Origin: Rhodocyclaceae bacterium
Lineage (GTDB): Bacteria > Pseudomonadota > Gammaproteobacteria > Burkholderiales > UBA3065
Assembly (NCBI GenBank): GCA_018882975.1
Contig: VEQZ01000002.1
Span: 1-52,281 of the forward strand
Reading direction: 5' to 3'
Length of the DNA: 52,281 bases
This document shows positions 36,039 through 45,748 of the stretch, piece by piece; the first letter of the stretch is position 1; every line of letters begins with the position of its first letter. Below the pieces are notes generated by a model that did no database searches, was not told where the DNA came from, and was given only the letters and a program-made list of their open reading frames with translations. The position numbers and the translations under genes were made by a program.

Positions 36039-37760
36039 TCAGGTCCGGTAACCGATGCGAAAGCCACCCCAATGGCGCCCCCGCACCATGATGGGTGCGG
36101 AGATGTCATGGATGATCTCGCCGGTGTCGCGGCGGTAGGTCTGCAACAAGTAGGGCAGGGTGTGGCTGCCGCAGCGGCGGCCGACCGGATCGTCGAAGAT
36201 GCGCTTGGTGCGGTTGCCGCTGATGTCCTTCGCCGGATCTCCCGTCAGCGGCTGCGAAAAACGCTTGTTGTGCGTGGGGAAATACCCCTTGTCGTCGACC
36301 GCGCCGGCATAAACCAGCGCCGCATCGCTCAGCAGCGGTTCCTGGATCGGCGGAAAGAGCTTGTCGGTGAGCCCATCGAAGCGGCTGTGGTACTTCTGCG
36401 GGCGCGTGTTTGCGATCGGTGTGTAGGTGCGATCGAAAAGGTCGGCTTCGCTGATGTCGCCGCGCGTGAGCGCCTGTTCCAGCGCCACGCCGATCTCGGC
36501 TGCGGCGCGCTGCACCCGGGTTGGCATGCCCTGATGAAAATCGATGCCGCGCCGGCCCTCGTCGCCAATGCCGAAGACCGTGCCGACCTCTTCCAGATTG
36601 ATCGCCATCGCATCGAGCGCGCTCGCCTGCCGGAGGGTATTGCCGGCGGCGGTGGTGTTGCCTTCGATGTCACGCAGGATGCCGCCGACCCGTTGCACGA
36701 TGCCGGCGCTGAGTCGCGAATGGCCACTGATCGCCTCGACCACGCCGCTGACCCGCTCGCGCGTGGTTTCGGCGCCCTCGCGGAGCGATTCGAGCGCGCT
36801 GGTCGCCTCGCGCGCAAGACGCGTGCCGGCGTCGGCCTCGCGCGTAAGGCTCTGGATTTGGACGACCGCCGTCTGCGCTTCTTCCTGAATCGCCGAGATC
36901 ATGCGGTTGATCTCACCGGTGGCGGCCGAGGTCCGCTCGGCCAGGCTTCGGACCTCGTCGGCGACCACGGCAAAACCCCGCCCGCTGTCGCCGGCACGGG
37001 CCGCCTCGATCGCGGCGTTCAGCGCCAGCAGGTTGGTTTGGTCGGCGATCTCGCCGATCACCCGGATGATGCTGCCGATCTCCTGCGAACGTTTGCCGAG
37101 CGTGCTGACAGCGGCGGCTGCACTGTCGACCGAGGCGGCGATGCGTTCGATCTCGCTGGCGGCTTCGGCGACCGCGCCCGACCCGCGCACTGCCAGTTCG
37201 CGCGCAGCCTCGGCTTCTTCGGCGCTGGCATGGATGTTGGCGTGGATGGCCGCCATGCCTTCGTCCATCTGGCTGATCAGGCTGCGCGTCTGTTCTGCCG
37301 CCTGCGTTTGCTGCTCCGACCGCTGCACCACATCGCGCGCATCGGCGTCGAGCGCGTGGGTCGAGACCAGCACCTCGTGCGAGGTGAAGATCACCTTGCC
37401 GATGATGTCGCGGAAGGTCGACTGCAGCGTGTCGAAGCTGGCGCCGATGCTGTGCAGGTCGGGGTTGCCCACGGCCGGTGCGCGGCGCGACAGGTCGCCG
37501 TCGCGCGCTGTGTCGGCGATCGCGCGGGACAGCCGCCGGGCCGGGTCGCTGACCGAGCGGACGTAGGCCAGCGCGGTCGCCAGCCAGGTCGCCAGACCGA
37601 CGGCCAGCGACAAGGTCAAAGCGTCAACCAGGGGATGTCCGAGAACCCCGGCAAGCGTTGCCACCGACACCACGAGGGCGGTCGACAGGGCTGCCGTGCA
37701 GGCAGCCGTGAGGGTGGCCGGGCGGCGCAGCGCGGCGAGGATCGAAGCGGTGAGTGTCAT
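36039..37760 (-). CDS. Methyl-accepting chemotaxis protein with C-terminal cytoplasmic Cache-like domain
   Basis: ORF 36039..38273 trimmed to ATG 37760 ([11 protein letters not shown]...). It has two closely spaced TM helices, a HAMP-like segment, and an MCP signalling domain ([43 protein letters not shown]). A C-terminal extension of about 190 aa follows ([18 protein letters not shown]...NRTKRIFDD...[34 protein letters not shown]). Confidence 0.85.
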   Translation of the reverse strand: MTLTASILAALRRPATLTAACTAALSTALVVSVATLAGVLGHPLVDALTLSLAVGLATWLATALAYVRSVSDPARRLSRAIADTARDGDLSRRAPAVGNPDLHSIGASFDTLQSTFRDIIGKVIFTSHEVLVSTHALDADARDVVQRSEQQTQAAEQTRSLISQMDEGMAAIHANIHASAEEAEAARELAVRGSGAVAEAASEIERIAASVDSAAAAVSTLGKRSQEIGSIIRVIGEIADQTNLLALNAAIEAARAGDSGRGFAVVADEVRSLAERTSAATGEINRMISAIQEEAQTAVVQIQSLTREADAGTRLAREATSALESLREGAETTRERVSGVVEAISGHSRLSAGIVQRVGGILRDIEGNTTAAGNTLRQASALDAMAINLEEVGTVFGIGDEGRRGIDFHQGMPTRVQRAAAEIGVALEQALTRGDISEADLFDRTYTPIANTRPQKYHSRFDGLTDKLFPPIQEPLLSDAALVYAGAVDDKGYFPTHNKRFSQPLTGDPAKDISGNRTKRIFDDPVGRRCGSHTLPYLLQTYRRDTGEIIHDISAPIMVRGRHWGGFRIGYRT

Positions 37761-37825
37761 GGGTGCAGGAGCCTCGGTACGGGGTGTTCGGTACGGCGGG
37801 TGGGATCCGGTGCGTCGCGTCGCGC

Positions 37826-37850
37826 TGCGGACGTGCCTCAAGGCCGTCCG
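37826..37850 (-). terminator. Possible stem-loop downstream of the PIN-PhoH gene (7-bp GC stem, 11-nt loop, no U-tract)
   Basis: gcggacg-tgcctcaaggc-cgtccgc is a perfect inverted repeat 18 nt past the phoH-like stop. It lacks a T-run, so intrinsic termination is doubtful. Confidence 0.25.
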
Positions 37851-37867
37851 CGGCCACCAGGAGAGCG

Positions 37868-39295
37868 TTACAGCACCTCGGCGGCATGCTCGGCCAGCCG
37901 CGAGCGCTCGCCGCGCGTCAGCGTCACATGCCCGCTGTGCGGCCAGCCCTTGAAGCGGTCGACCACATAGGTCAGCCCGGACGAGCCCTCGGTCAGGTAA
38001 GGCGTGTCGATCTGCGCGATATTGCCCAGGCAGACCACCTTGGTCCCCGGCCCGGCGCGCGTGATCAGCGTCTTCATCTGCTTGGGCGTGAGGTTCTGCG
38101 CCTCGTCGATGATCAAGAATTTGTTGATGAAGGTGCGACCGCGCATGAAGTTGAGCGACTTGATCTTGATGCGGCTGCGCATCAGGTCGCGGGTGGCGGC
38201 GCGGCCCCACTCGCCGGCCTCGTCGTCGGATTTGTTCAGCACGTCGAGGTTGTCTTCCAGAGCGCCCATCCACGGCGTCATCTTCTCTTCCTCGGTGCCC
38301 GGCAAAAAGCCGATGTCCTCGCCAACCGGCACGGTGACGCGGGTCATGATGATCTCGCTGTAGACCTTGTACTCAAGCGTCTGCAGCAGGCCGGCCGCGA
38401 GCGTCAGCAAGGTCTTGCCGGTGCCGGCCTGGCCGAGCAGGGTGACGAAGTCGGTCTCCGGGTCCATCAGCGCATTGAGCGCGAAGTTCTGCTCGCGGTT
38501 GCGCGCAGTGATGCCCCACACCGAGTGCTTGGGGTTGGCGTAGTCGCGCAGGGTGCAGAGCACCGCCGTGTCGCCCTCGGTCGAGTGCACGCGCGCCTGC
38601 ATCGCAGCATCACCCTTGATGTATACAAACTCTCTCACGATCATGGACTTGCACAAGGGTCCTTGCACCTTGTAGTAAGTCAGGCCCTGCTCCTGCCACG
38701 ATTCCATGCCCTTGCCGTGGCGGTCCCAGAAGTCCTCCGGGAGCTCGCGGATGCCGGTGTAGAGGAGGTCGCTGTCCTCCAGCACCTTGTCATTGAAATA
38801 ATCTTCGGCGGCCAGGCGCAGTGCGCGCGCCTTGATCCGCATATTGATGTCCTTGGAGACCAGGATCACCTGCCGCGCGGAGTTGCGCTCGGCCAGATGC
38901 ATGGTCACGGCGAGGATCTGGTTGTCGTTGCGTCCCGGCAAGAGGCCCGGCGGCAGGTCGCCGGGGATCGCCTCGGTCTGCAGGAACAGCTTGCCGCTGG
39001 CGCCGTTGCGTCTGGGCAGGGGGATGCCGTCGCCGATGCTGTCGGGCGCGGCTGCCACCAGTTCTTCCATGAAGCGGCTGGCCTGACGCGCGTTGCGCGC
39101 GACTTCGGACATGCCCTTCTTGTTGTTGTCGAGCTCCTCCAGCGTGGTCATCGGGATGAAGATGTCGTGTTCCTCGAAACGGAACAGGCTGGTGGGGTCG
39201 TGCATCAGCACGTTGGTGTCGAGCACGAACAGCTTGCCGGCGGCGGCGGGGGCGGGGGCGTCACTGCGGCGGCGGCGGGCGGGTTTTTCGGTCAT
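37868..39295 (-). CDS. PhoH-family ATPase with N-terminal PIN domain (YlaK-like)
   Basis: ORF 37868..39805 trimmed to ATG 39295 ([12 protein letters not shown]...[36 protein letters not shown], the PIN acidic residues). Also has Walker [16 protein letters not shown], then [10 protein letters not shown] and GNIAQID. Confidence 0.88.
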   Translation of the reverse strand: MTEKPARRRRSDAPAPAAAGKLFVLDTNVLMHDPTSLFRFEEHDIFIPMTTLEELDNNKKGMSEVARNARQASRFMEELVAAAPDSIGDGIPLPRRNGASGKLFLQTEAIPGDLPPGLLPGRNDNQILAVTMHLAERNSARQVILVSKDINMRIKARALRLAAEDYFNDKVLEDSDLLYTGIRELPEDFWDRHGKGMESWQEQGLTYYKVQGPLCKSMIVREFVYIKGDAAMQARVHSTEGDTAVLCTLRDYANPKHSVWGITARNREQNFALNALMDPETDFVTLLGQAGTGKTLLTLAAGLLQTLEYKVYSEIIMTRVTVPVGEDIGFLPGTEEEKMTPWMGALEDNLDVLNKSDDEAGEWGRAATRDLMRSRIKIKSLNFMRGRTFINKFLIIDEAQNLTPKQMKTLITRAGPGTKVVCLGNIAQIDTPYLTEGSSGLTYVVDRFKGWPHSGHVTLTRGERSRLAEHAAEVL

Positions 39296-39395
39296 CGGGC
39301 GGACAGGGCGAAGGGATGAGGGGCGCGCAGGCGGCTGGTGGCATGCGGCTGCGGGCCGCAGTCGACCCGCCATGGGTTCGAGCATACAGTTGCCA

Positions 39396-39878
39396 TCATC
39401 GGCCCTGCAGCGCGCGCAGGGTGGTGAGCACCTCATCGACATGGCCGGGCACCTTGACGCCGCGCCACGCGTGGCGCAACACGCCGCCCGGGTCGACAAG
39501 AAAGGTGCTGCGTTCGATGCCGCGTACCTGCTTGCCGTACATGTTTTTGAGCTTGATGACCTCGAACAGGCTGCACAGCGCTTCGTCGCTGTCGCTGAGC
39601 AGCTCGAAGGGCAGGCCGAGCTTGTCCTTGAAACGGCGGTGCGAGGCGAGGCTGTCGCGCGATACACCGACGATGTCGCAAGCGGCAGTGACAAAGTCGG
39701 CGTGGGCGTCGCGAAAGGCCGCACTTTCGGTGGTGCAGCCAGGGGTGTCGTCCTTGGGGTAGAAGTACAGCACCAGCCAACGGCCGCGCGCCGCCTGCAG
39801 GGCAAAGGGTGCCTCGGCGGTGCCTTGGGCGGTGAAATCGGGTACTGGCTGGTCGATGTCGGGGCGCTGCGGTGACAT
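39396..39878 (-). CDS. bcp: Thioredoxin-dependent thiol peroxidase (peroxiredoxin Bcp)
   Basis: ORF 39396..40001 trimmed to ATG 39878. Sequence: PVPDFTAQGT...WLVLYFYPKDDTPGCTTE (peroxidatic Cys)...GVSRDS...RSTFLVDPGG. Confidence 0.9.
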   Translation of the reverse strand: MSPQRPDIDQPVPDFTAQGTAEAPFALQAARGRWLVLYFYPKDDTPGCTTESAAFRDAHADFVTAACDIVGVSRDSLASHRRFKDKLGLPFELLSDSDEALCSLFEVIKLKNMYGKQVRGIERSTFLVDPGGVLRHAWRGVKVPGHVDEVLTTLRALQGR

Positions 39879-39934
39879 GGCTGCGGAGACTCCTGACGTT
39901 GCGGGCATTGCAGTGTGGCCCAGAGGAGTATGGC

Positions 39935-40567
39935 TCACACGCGGTTCGGCGCTGCTTGCGGCGCTGCTTGCGGCGGTGCTTGTAGCGGGTCGATGCCGCA
40001 CTCGCGCAGGATGCGCGAGAGCACGATCATCGGCAGGCCTATGAGCGCGGTGGGATCGTGGCTGTCGCAGCGCTCGAGCAGGGCGATGCCGAGCGCCTCG
40101 ACACGGGCGCTGCCCGCGCAGTCGAGCGGCTGGTCAAGCGCGACGTAGTGGCGCAGCATGGCCTCCGTCAGGTCGGCGCGGAGCGTTACCCGCGTCTCGT
40201 CGCAATGCATGCCCAGCGTGCGGCCGCTGCCGCCCTCCACCACATGCACCGCGGTGAAAAAGCTCACGGCGCGCCCGCGCACCGCCAGCAACTGCGCCAC
40301 CGCGCGTTCCGGCTCGCCCGGCTTGTCGAGGCGCAGGTGGCCGCTCGCCGCCACCTGGTCGGAGCCAATGACGACGCAGTCGGCTTCCAGCGCGGCGACC
40401 GCGAGCGCCTTGGCTTCGGCCAGGCGCTGGGCGGTGGCGCGCGGCGATTCACCCTCGCGCGGCGCTTCGTCGATGTCGGGCGAGCGCACCGTGAATGGCA
40501 CGCCGAGCCGCTCGAGCAGGGCGCGCCGGTAGGGCGAGGAGGACCCGAGCACCAGCCGTGGGCTCAC
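39935..40567 (-). CDS. yceF: Maf-like nucleoside triphosphate pyrophosphatase (YceF-type by synteny)
   Basis: ORF 39935..40681 trimmed to GTG 40567, preceded by GGGGAGG. Sequence: VSPRLVLGSSSPYRRALLERLGVPF...DIDE...IGSDQV...GKP...AGSARVEALGIALLE. It is divergent from yceD-rpmF-plsX, as in E. coli. There is an unusual PQAAPQAAP C-terminal tail. Confidence 0.85.
   Translation of the reverse strand: MSPRLVLGSSSPYRRALLERLGVPFTVRSPDIDEAPREGESPRATAQRLAEAKALAVAALEADCVVIGSDQVAASGHLRLDKPGEPERAVAQLLAVRGRAVSFFTAVHVVEGGSGRTLGMHCDETRVTLRADLTEAMLRHYVALDQPLDCAGSARVEALGIALLERCDSHDPTALIGLPMIVLSRILRECGIDPLQAPPQAAPQAAPNRV
39949..39984. repeat. 12-bp tandem repeat x3 (gcgctgcttgcg, gcgctgcttgcg, gcggtgcttgta) in the 3' end of yceF
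   Basis: Read directly from the sequence. On the minus strand it encodes the APPQAAPQAAP tail. Confidence 0.85.
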
Positions 40568-40619
40568 ATAGCCTCCCCAGCAAGGCGGCGATGGCCGGAC
40601 GGGGCGCGAGGACTCAGAG

Positions 40620-40639
40620 CTGCAAGAGGGCTCTTGCAG
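40620..40639. promoter_or_regulatory. 20-bp near-perfect palindrome CTGCAAGAGG|GCTCTTGCAG in the yceF/yceD divergent spacer
   Basis: Nine of 10 positions pair. It lies 53 nt upstream of the yceF GTG and just upstream of the candidate yceD-operon promoter. It could be an operator or a hairpin. Confidence 0.35.
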
Positions 40640-40651
40640 GCGCGAACGACG

Positions 40652-40681
40652 TTGACGGTGTAAGGGGGCCTCGCGTAACAT
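40652..40681 (+). promoter_or_regulatory. Candidate sigma-70 promoter for yceD-rpmF-plsX-fab operon (TTGACG-N18-TAACAT)
   Basis: The hexamers were read directly: -35 at 40652-40657 and -10 at 40676-40681. A second candidate, TTGAAG-N16-TAGTGT, ends about 9 nt before ATG 40790. Confidence 0.35.
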
Positions 40682-40789
40682 CGAACGTTTGCGTCGATGC
40701 GCACGCGAATGTCGGGGCCCGTGCAGCGTGACTTGACGTAGCGGGCAGGCAGGTTGAAGGCGGTCAGGTTCAGCGTAGTGTGACGTTCA

Positions 40790-41338
40790 ATGACGTTTGA
40801 TGTTCAGGGCCGGTTGATGTTCATGGTCATCGAGTTGCGCAGGTTCTGCGAAGAATCGGGTACCGCCGAGGCGGTGTTCAGCCCTTCGCAATTGCCGCGC
40901 GTGCTTGATAGTGTCGCAGATACCACCGGCCGGGTGTCGATGCAGGTGCGTGGCTCGCTCGATGCGCGCGACCGGCCCACGCTGGAACTGCGGCTCGAGG
41001 GTGAGTTGCGGGTGCTGTGCCAGCGTTGTTTGCGGCCCATGCCGGTGCATGTTGCGGTCCGTCAGACGCTTGCCTTCGGCGAGCCTTCAGTGGACGAGCG
41101 CGAGACCGAGACCTTCGACCTCGACGCGGTCGAGGTGCTGCCGCTGATGGCGCACCTTGACCTGGCCGAACTGGTCGAGGAAGAAGTGCTGCTGTCGTTG
41201 CCGATGTTGCCGCGGCATCAGCAGTGTGATTTGCCCGCCCCGGCGGATTCCGGGAAGGTGTTGCCGTTCGCGGCACTCGGGGCTTTGACTGGCGCGCTCG
41301 CCGTGGCCAGCCAGAGCGAACGCAACCAAGACAACTGA
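40790..41338 (+). CDS. yceD: YceD-family (DUF177) protein, large-subunit rRNA accumulation factor
   Basis: 182 aa directly upstream of rpmF. It has CxxC...acidic patterns (LRVLCQRCLRPM...VEEEVLLSLPMLPRHQQCD). The start is uncertain (ATG 40790, 40817 or 40823). Confidence 0.8.
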   Translation: MTFDVQGRLMFMVIELRRFCEESGTAEAVFSPSQLPRVLDSVADTTGRVSMQVRGSLDARDRPTLELRLEGELRVLCQRCLRPMPVHVAVRQTLAFGEPSVDERETETFDLDAVEVLPLMAHLDLAELVEEEVLLSLPMLPRHQQCDLPAPADSGKVLPFAALGALTGALAVASQSERNQDN

Positions 41339-41377
41339 CGCCACGCAAGCACGCGGGGCCCGATAGGAGAAGCAGAA

Positions 41378-41560
41378 ATGGCCGTCCAGCAGAACAAGAA
41401 GTCGCCGTCCAAGCGCGGCATGCACCGTTCGCACGATTTCCTCACCAACCCGCCGCTCGCGGTCGAACCCTCGACCGGCGAGACGCATCTGCGCCACCAC
41501 ATCTCGCCGAACGGTTTTTACCGCGGCCGCAAGGTCGTTCGCACCAAGAACGACGAGTGA
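41378..41560 (+). CDS. rpmF: 50S ribosomal protein L32
   Basis: [22 protein letters not shown]...[20 protein letters not shown]. The SD is AGGAGA, 8 nt upstream. Confidence 0.97.
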   Translation: MAVQQNKKSPSKRGMHRSHDFLTNPPLAVEPSTGETHLRHHISPNGFYRGRKVVRTKNDE

Positions 41561-41565
41561 TGCCG

Positions 41566-41581
41566 GCCGGGGCGACCCGGC
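41566..41581 (+). other. Short GC hairpin after rpmF (GCCGGG-gcga-CCCGGC), no U-tract
   Basis: A 6-bp perfect stem starting 6 nt after the rpmF stop. It may be a processing or attenuation element between rpmF and plsX. This is speculative. Confidence 0.2.
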
Positions 41582-41648
41582 TGCCCGCTGACTGGCGCTG
41601 CCACATGCTCGCGGCGTCGGCGGCACCGGCCCGCGCCCGACCCCGCGC

Positions 41649-42680
41649 ATGACGGTCACTCTCGCCATCGACGCCATGGGCGGCGACCACGGCCTTGCCG
41701 TGACGGTGCCTGCCGCGCTCGAGTTCCTGCGCCGCTCGCCGGCCGACCGGGTGATCCTGGTCGGCGACGAGTCCGCGCTGCGCATGGCGCTGGCCGGCCA
41801 GCGTCGCGGTTCGGTGCCGGCCAGTGTCAATGCCCGCATTGGGGTGCGCCACGCCACGCAGGTGGTCGACATGGACGAGGCGCCGGCGCTCGCCATGCGC
41901 AACAAGAAGGACTCGTCGATGCGGGTCGCCATCAACCTGGTCGACGAGGGCGCCGCGCAAGCCTGCGTCAGCGCCGGCAACACCGGCGCCCTGATGGCCA
42001 CCGCGCGTTTCGTGCTCAAGACCCTGCCGGGCATCGACCGGCCGGCCATTGCCAGCATGATGCCGACGCAGAAGGGCGCAGTCTGCATTCTTGACCTCGG
42101 CGCGAACGTGGATTGCAGTCCGGAGCACCTGTTGCAGTTCGGCATCATGGGCAGCGCGCTGGTGGCCGCTGCCGAGAACAAGGCCGCGCCTTCGGTGGCC
42201 CTGCTCAACATCGGCTCCGAGGACATCAAGGGCAACGAGGTGGTCAAACGCGCTGCTGCCCTGCTGCGCGAGAGCCCGGTCAATTTCGTCGGCAATGTCG
42301 AGGGCACCGAGGTCTACCGCGGCGCGGTGGATGTGGTGGTCTGCGACGGCTTTGTCGGCAACGTCTTCCTCAAGGCCTCCGAGGGGCTGGCGCAGATGCT
42401 GCGCGCCTTCCTCCGCGAGGAGTTCGGCCGCAGCTGGCTCACCCGCCTCTCCGCGCTGCTGGCTTGGCCGGTGCTCAACGCCTTCCGCCGCCGCGTCGAT
42501 CATCGCCGCTACAACGGCGCGAGCCTGCTGGGCCTGCGCGGCATCGTCGTCAAGAGCCACGGTTCGGCCGATATACTCGGGTTTCGCTGCGCCCTTGAAC
42601 GCGCAGCCGAAGAGGCGCGCCACGGTTTGATCGGGCGCATCACCGCCCACCTCGAGACACTCCACCCGGTCACCGCATGA
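41649..42680 (+). CDS. plsX: Phosphate acyltransferase PlsX
   Basis: [15 protein letters not shown]...GNTGALMA...DLGANVDC...[13 protein letters not shown]...[11 protein letters not shown]. Confidence 0.95.
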   Translation: MTVTLAIDAMGGDHGLAVTVPAALEFLRRSPADRVILVGDESALRMALAGQRRGSVPASVNARIGVRHATQVVDMDEAPALAMRNKKDSSMRVAINLVDEGAAQACVSAGNTGALMATARFVLKTLPGIDRPAIASMMPTQKGAVCILDLGANVDCSPEHLLQFGIMGSALVAAAENKAAPSVALLNIGSEDIKGNEVVKRAAALLRESPVNFVGNVEGTEVYRGAVDVVVCDGFVGNVFLKASEGLAQMLRAFLREEFGRSWLTRLSALLAWPVLNAFRRRVDHRRYNGASLLGLRGIVVKSHGSADILGFRCALERAAEEARHGLIGRITAHLETLHPVTA

Positions 42681-43639
42681 CCTTCTCCCGCATCGCCGCG
42701 ACCGGCTCGCAACTGCCGGCCCGCGTCGTCACCAACGCCGAACTGGCCACCCGCGTCGATACCAGCGACGAGTGGATCGTCAGCCGCAGCGGCATCTCGC
42801 AGCGCTATCTGGCCGATGCGAGCGAGAAGACCAGCGACCTCGCGCTCGGCGCGGCGCGCCGGGCCATGGACACGGCCGGCTGGGAGCCGGACGACCTTGA
42901 CCTCATCATCGTCGCCACCACCACGCCCGACATGACCTTCCCCAGCACCGCCTGCATCGTGCAGGCCGGGCTGGGCGTGACCAACGGCTGCGCGGCGTTC
43001 GACGTGCAGGCGGTGTGCAGTGGCTTCATCTACGCCTTCGCCACCGCCGACGCCATGATCCGCAGCGGCGCGGTCAAGAAGGCGCTGGTAATCGGCGCCG
43101 AGACGCTGTCCCGCATCATCGACTGGAACGACCGCGGCACCTGCGTGCTGTTCGGCGACGGCGCCGGCTGCGTCCTGCTCGAGGCCGCCGCCGAGCCCGG
43201 CGTGATCGGCTGCCACCTGCACGCCGACGGCCGCCACCTGCCCATCCTCAAGGCCCCGGGTGTGGTCGAGGCGGGCCGCATACGCGGCAATCCCTTCATC
43301 GAGATGGACGGACAGGCGGTGTTCAAGTTCGCCGTCGAGGCGCTTGCCGCCACCGCCCAGGAGACGCTCGCCGCCCACCACATGACGGGCGATGACGTCG
43401 ACTGGATGGTGCCGCACCAGGCCAATATCCGCATCATCCAGTCCACCGCCAAGCGCCTGAAGATCCCCATGGAGCGCGTCGTCACCACGGTGGCGCAGCA
43501 CGGCAACACCTCGGCCGCGTCGATCCCGCTGGCGCTCGATGTCGCGGTGCGCGACGGCCGCATCCAGCGCCGGCAGATCGTGCTGATGGAGGGCATTGGC
43601 GCCGGTTTCGCCTGGGGTTCGGCATTGCTTCGTTTTTAG
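42677..43639 (+). CDS. fabH: 3-oxoacyl-ACP synthase III
   Basis: It has the catalytic triad context [14 protein letters not shown] (Cys), [11 protein letters not shown] (His) and [13 protein letters not shown] (Asn). The ATGA overlaps the plsX stop. Confidence 0.95.
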   Translation: MTFSRIAATGSQLPARVVTNAELATRVDTSDEWIVSRSGISQRYLADASEKTSDLALGAARRAMDTAGWEPDDLDLIIVATTTPDMTFPSTACIVQAGLGVTNGCAAFDVQAVCSGFIYAFATADAMIRSGAVKKALVIGAETLSRIIDWNDRGTCVLFGDGAGCVLLEAAAEPGVIGCHLHADGRHLPILKAPGVVEAGRIRGNPFIEMDGQAVFKFAVEALAATAQETLAAHHMTGDDVDWMVPHQANIRIIQSTAKRLKIPMERVVTTVAQHGNTSAASIPLALDVAVRDGRIQRRQIVLMEGIGAGFAWGSALLRF

Positions 43640-43654
43640 TCAAGGAATCCCCTC

Positions 43655-44578
43655 ATGACTCTCGCTTTCGTCTTCCCCGGCCAAGGCTCGCAGTCGGTCG
43701 GCATGATGAACACCTTCGCCGACCTGCCCGAGGTGCGCCAGACCTTTGAGGAGGCCAATGCCGCGCTCGGCTTCGACCTCTGGAAGATGGTCAGCGAGGG
43801 GCCGGATACCGACCTCAACCAGACCGTCAACACGCAGCCGGCCGTGCTCGCTGCCGGCATCGCGCTGTGGCGCGCTTGGCAGGCGCGTGGCGGTGCGCAA
43901 CCGGTGGTCGCCGCCGGGCACAGTCTGGGCGAGGTAGTCGCACTCACTGCTTCTGGCGTCATCGACTTCGCCACCGCGGTGCCGCTGGTGCGCACCCGCG
44001 CCACCCTGATGCAGGACGCGGTCGCCGGTCAGGCTACGGCGATGATGGCGGTGCTCGGCCTCGACGACGAGGCGGTGGTCGCCGCTTGCGCCGAGGCGGC
44101 GCAGCGTCAGGTCTGCGAGGCGGTCAATTTCAACGGGCCGGGTCAGGTGGTCATCGCCGGCCACGCCGAGGCGGTGGCCCGCGCCGGCGACATCGCCAAG
44201 GCCAAGGGTGCCAAGCGCGCGCTGCCGCTGCCGGTGAGCGTGCCGAGCCACTGCTCGCTGCTCAAGGGCGCTGGCGAGGCCTTTGGGCAGCACCTGCAGG
44301 GCGTGGCCATGGCCACGCCGCGCTTCCCGGTGGTGCAGAACGCCGACCGCGCCGCGCACAGCGATGCGGCCTTGATCAAGGATGCGCTGGCGCGGCAACT
44401 GTATTCGCCGGTGCCGTGGACCGCCACCGTGGCCGACATGGCCGCGCAGGGCGTCACGCGCATCATCGAATGCGGCCCAGGCAAGGTGCTGACCGGCCTC
44501 AACAAGCGCATCGCTGCCGGTGCCGAGTGCCTCGCCCTGAGCGACCGCGCCACTTTCGACCAACTGCTGGGGGGCTGA
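43655..44578 (+). CDS. fabD: Malonyl CoA-ACP transacylase
   Basis: MTLAFVFPGQGSQSVGM...AAGHSLGEVVAL (GHSLG active site)...VSVPSHCSLL. Confidence 0.95.
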   Translation: MTLAFVFPGQGSQSVGMMNTFADLPEVRQTFEEANAALGFDLWKMVSEGPDTDLNQTVNTQPAVLAAGIALWRAWQARGGAQPVVAAGHSLGEVVALTASGVIDFATAVPLVRTRATLMQDAVAGQATAMMAVLGLDDEAVVAACAEAAQRQVCEAVNFNGPGQVVIAGHAEAVARAGDIAKAKGAKRALPLPVSVPSHCSLLKGAGEAFGQHLQGVAMATPRFPVVQNADRAAHSDAALIKDALARQLYSPVPWTATVADMAAQGVTRIIECGPGKVLTGLNKRIAAGAECLALSDRATFDQLLGG

Positions 44579-44582
44579 GGCC

Positions 44583-45344
44583 ATGACCGGTTTGAATCAG
44601 GCGTCCGACCCGCAGCGCGTGGCCTTGGTCACCGGCGCCAGCCGCGGCATCGGTCAGGCCATCCTGCACGCGCTGGCGCGCGCTGGCATGAAGGTGGTCG
44701 GCACCGCCACCTCGGACGCCGGTGCCAAGAGCATTTCGGCCGCGCTGGCCGCTGCGGGTCTGGCCGGGCGCGGCGCCAAACTCGATGTACGCGATGCCAC
44801 CGCGGTTGATGCGCTGCTCGCCGACATCGACGGCACCGAGGGCGCGCTCACCGTGCTAGTCAACAATGCGGGCGTGACGCGCGACAATCTGCTGATGCGC
44901 ATGAAGGACGAGGAATGGGACGACATCCTCGCCACCAATCTGACGCCGGTGTTCCGCCTGTCGCGGGCGGTCATCCGGCCGATGATGAAGGCGCGCTATG
45001 GCCGCATCATCAACATCACCTCGGTGGTCGGCCACGCCGGCAACGCCGGCCAGACCAACTATGCGGCGGCCAAGGCCGGTCTCGCGGGTTTCAGCAAATC
45101 GTTGGCACGCGAGGTCGGCAGCCGCGGCATCACCGTCAATTGCGTGGCGCCGGGCTTCATCGACACCGACATGACGCGCGCGCTCTCCGACACCCAGCGC
45201 GAAGCGCTGCTCGGCAGCATCCCGGCCGGTCGCCTCGGCGCGGTCGAGGACGTCGCCGCGGCGGTGGCGTTTCTGGCTTCGCCGGCGGCGGGCTACGTCA
45301 CCGGCGAGACCCTGCACGTCAACGGCGGCATGTACATGGCCTGA
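44583..45344 (+). CDS. fabG: 3-oxoacyl-ACP reductase
   Basis: ALVTGASRGIGQAI...LVNNAGVTRDNLLMRMKDEEWD...NYAAAKAGLAGFSKSLAREV (YxxxK)...VNGGMYM. Confidence 0.95.
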   Translation: MTGLNQASDPQRVALVTGASRGIGQAILHALARAGMKVVGTATSDAGAKSISAALAAAGLAGRGAKLDVRDATAVDALLADIDGTEGALTVLVNNAGVTRDNLLMRMKDEEWDDILATNLTPVFRLSRAVIRPMMKARYGRIINITSVVGHAGNAGQTNYAAAKAGLAGFSKSLAREVGSRGITVNCVAPGFIDTDMTRALSDTQREALLGSIPAGRLGAVEDVAAAVAFLASPAAGYVTGETLHVNGGMYMA

Positions 45345-45413
45345 TCGGCCGCTTCGGATGCCGTCGACAGCCCCTTTCGTGCTGCGTTGCGAAATGGGCC
45401 GGAAACGGAATTT

Positions 45414-45422
45414 TGGTAGTAT
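45414..45422 (+). promoter_or_regulatory. Candidate extended -10 promoter (TGgTAGTAT) for acpP
   Basis: ttTGgTAGTATcc lies about 85 nt upstream of the acpP ATG in the 150-bp fabG-acpP spacer. An acpP-specific promoter is known in E. coli. Confidence 0.35.
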
Positions 45423-45506
45423 CCACCATGGCCTGAGGAGGGCCGCCAGACCACCGGAGCCTGCTGCGCCACCGGTCGTCCCCTGTCAACGAGGATGGAA
45501 CAACAG

Positions 45507-45743
45507 ATGGAAAACATCGAACAGCGTGTCAAAAAGATCGTCGCCGAGCAGCTGGGCGTAAGCGAAGCGGAGGTCAAGAACGAGTCGTCTTTCGTTGACG
45601 ACCTCGGTGCCGACTCGCTGGACACCGTGGAGCTGGTGATGGCGCTTGAAGAAGAGTTCGAGTGCGAGATCCCGGATGAAGACGCCGAGAAGATCACCAC
45701 CGTGCAACAGGCCGTTGACTATGTCTCGGCTAACCTGAAGTGA
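45507..45743 (+). CDS. acpP: Acyl carrier protein
   Basis: [51 protein letters not shown], with the DSLD phosphopantetheine site. The track start 45495 (MEQQ-) sits immediately after GAGGA and is less likely. Confidence 0.95.
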   Translation: MENIEQRVKKIVAEQLGVSEAEVKNESSFVDDLGADSLDTVELVMALEEEFECEIPDEDAEKITTVQQAVDYVSANLK

Positions 45744-45748
45744 TCCAG

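Noticed and set aside
36072-39319. Plus-strand ORFs 36072..37970 (632 aa) and 37754..39319 (521 aa) antisense to the MCP and PhoH genes.
   Set aside because: The minus frames carry the MCP signalling-domain signature and the PIN/Walker motifs. The plus frames are low-information.
39330-39395. GGGTTCGAGC resembling a tRNA T-loop in the phoH-bcp spacer.
   Set aside because: The flanking bases cannot form a 5-bp T-stem (CCATG...CATAC do not pair). No acceptor or anticodon arms could be drawn. It is not a tRNA.
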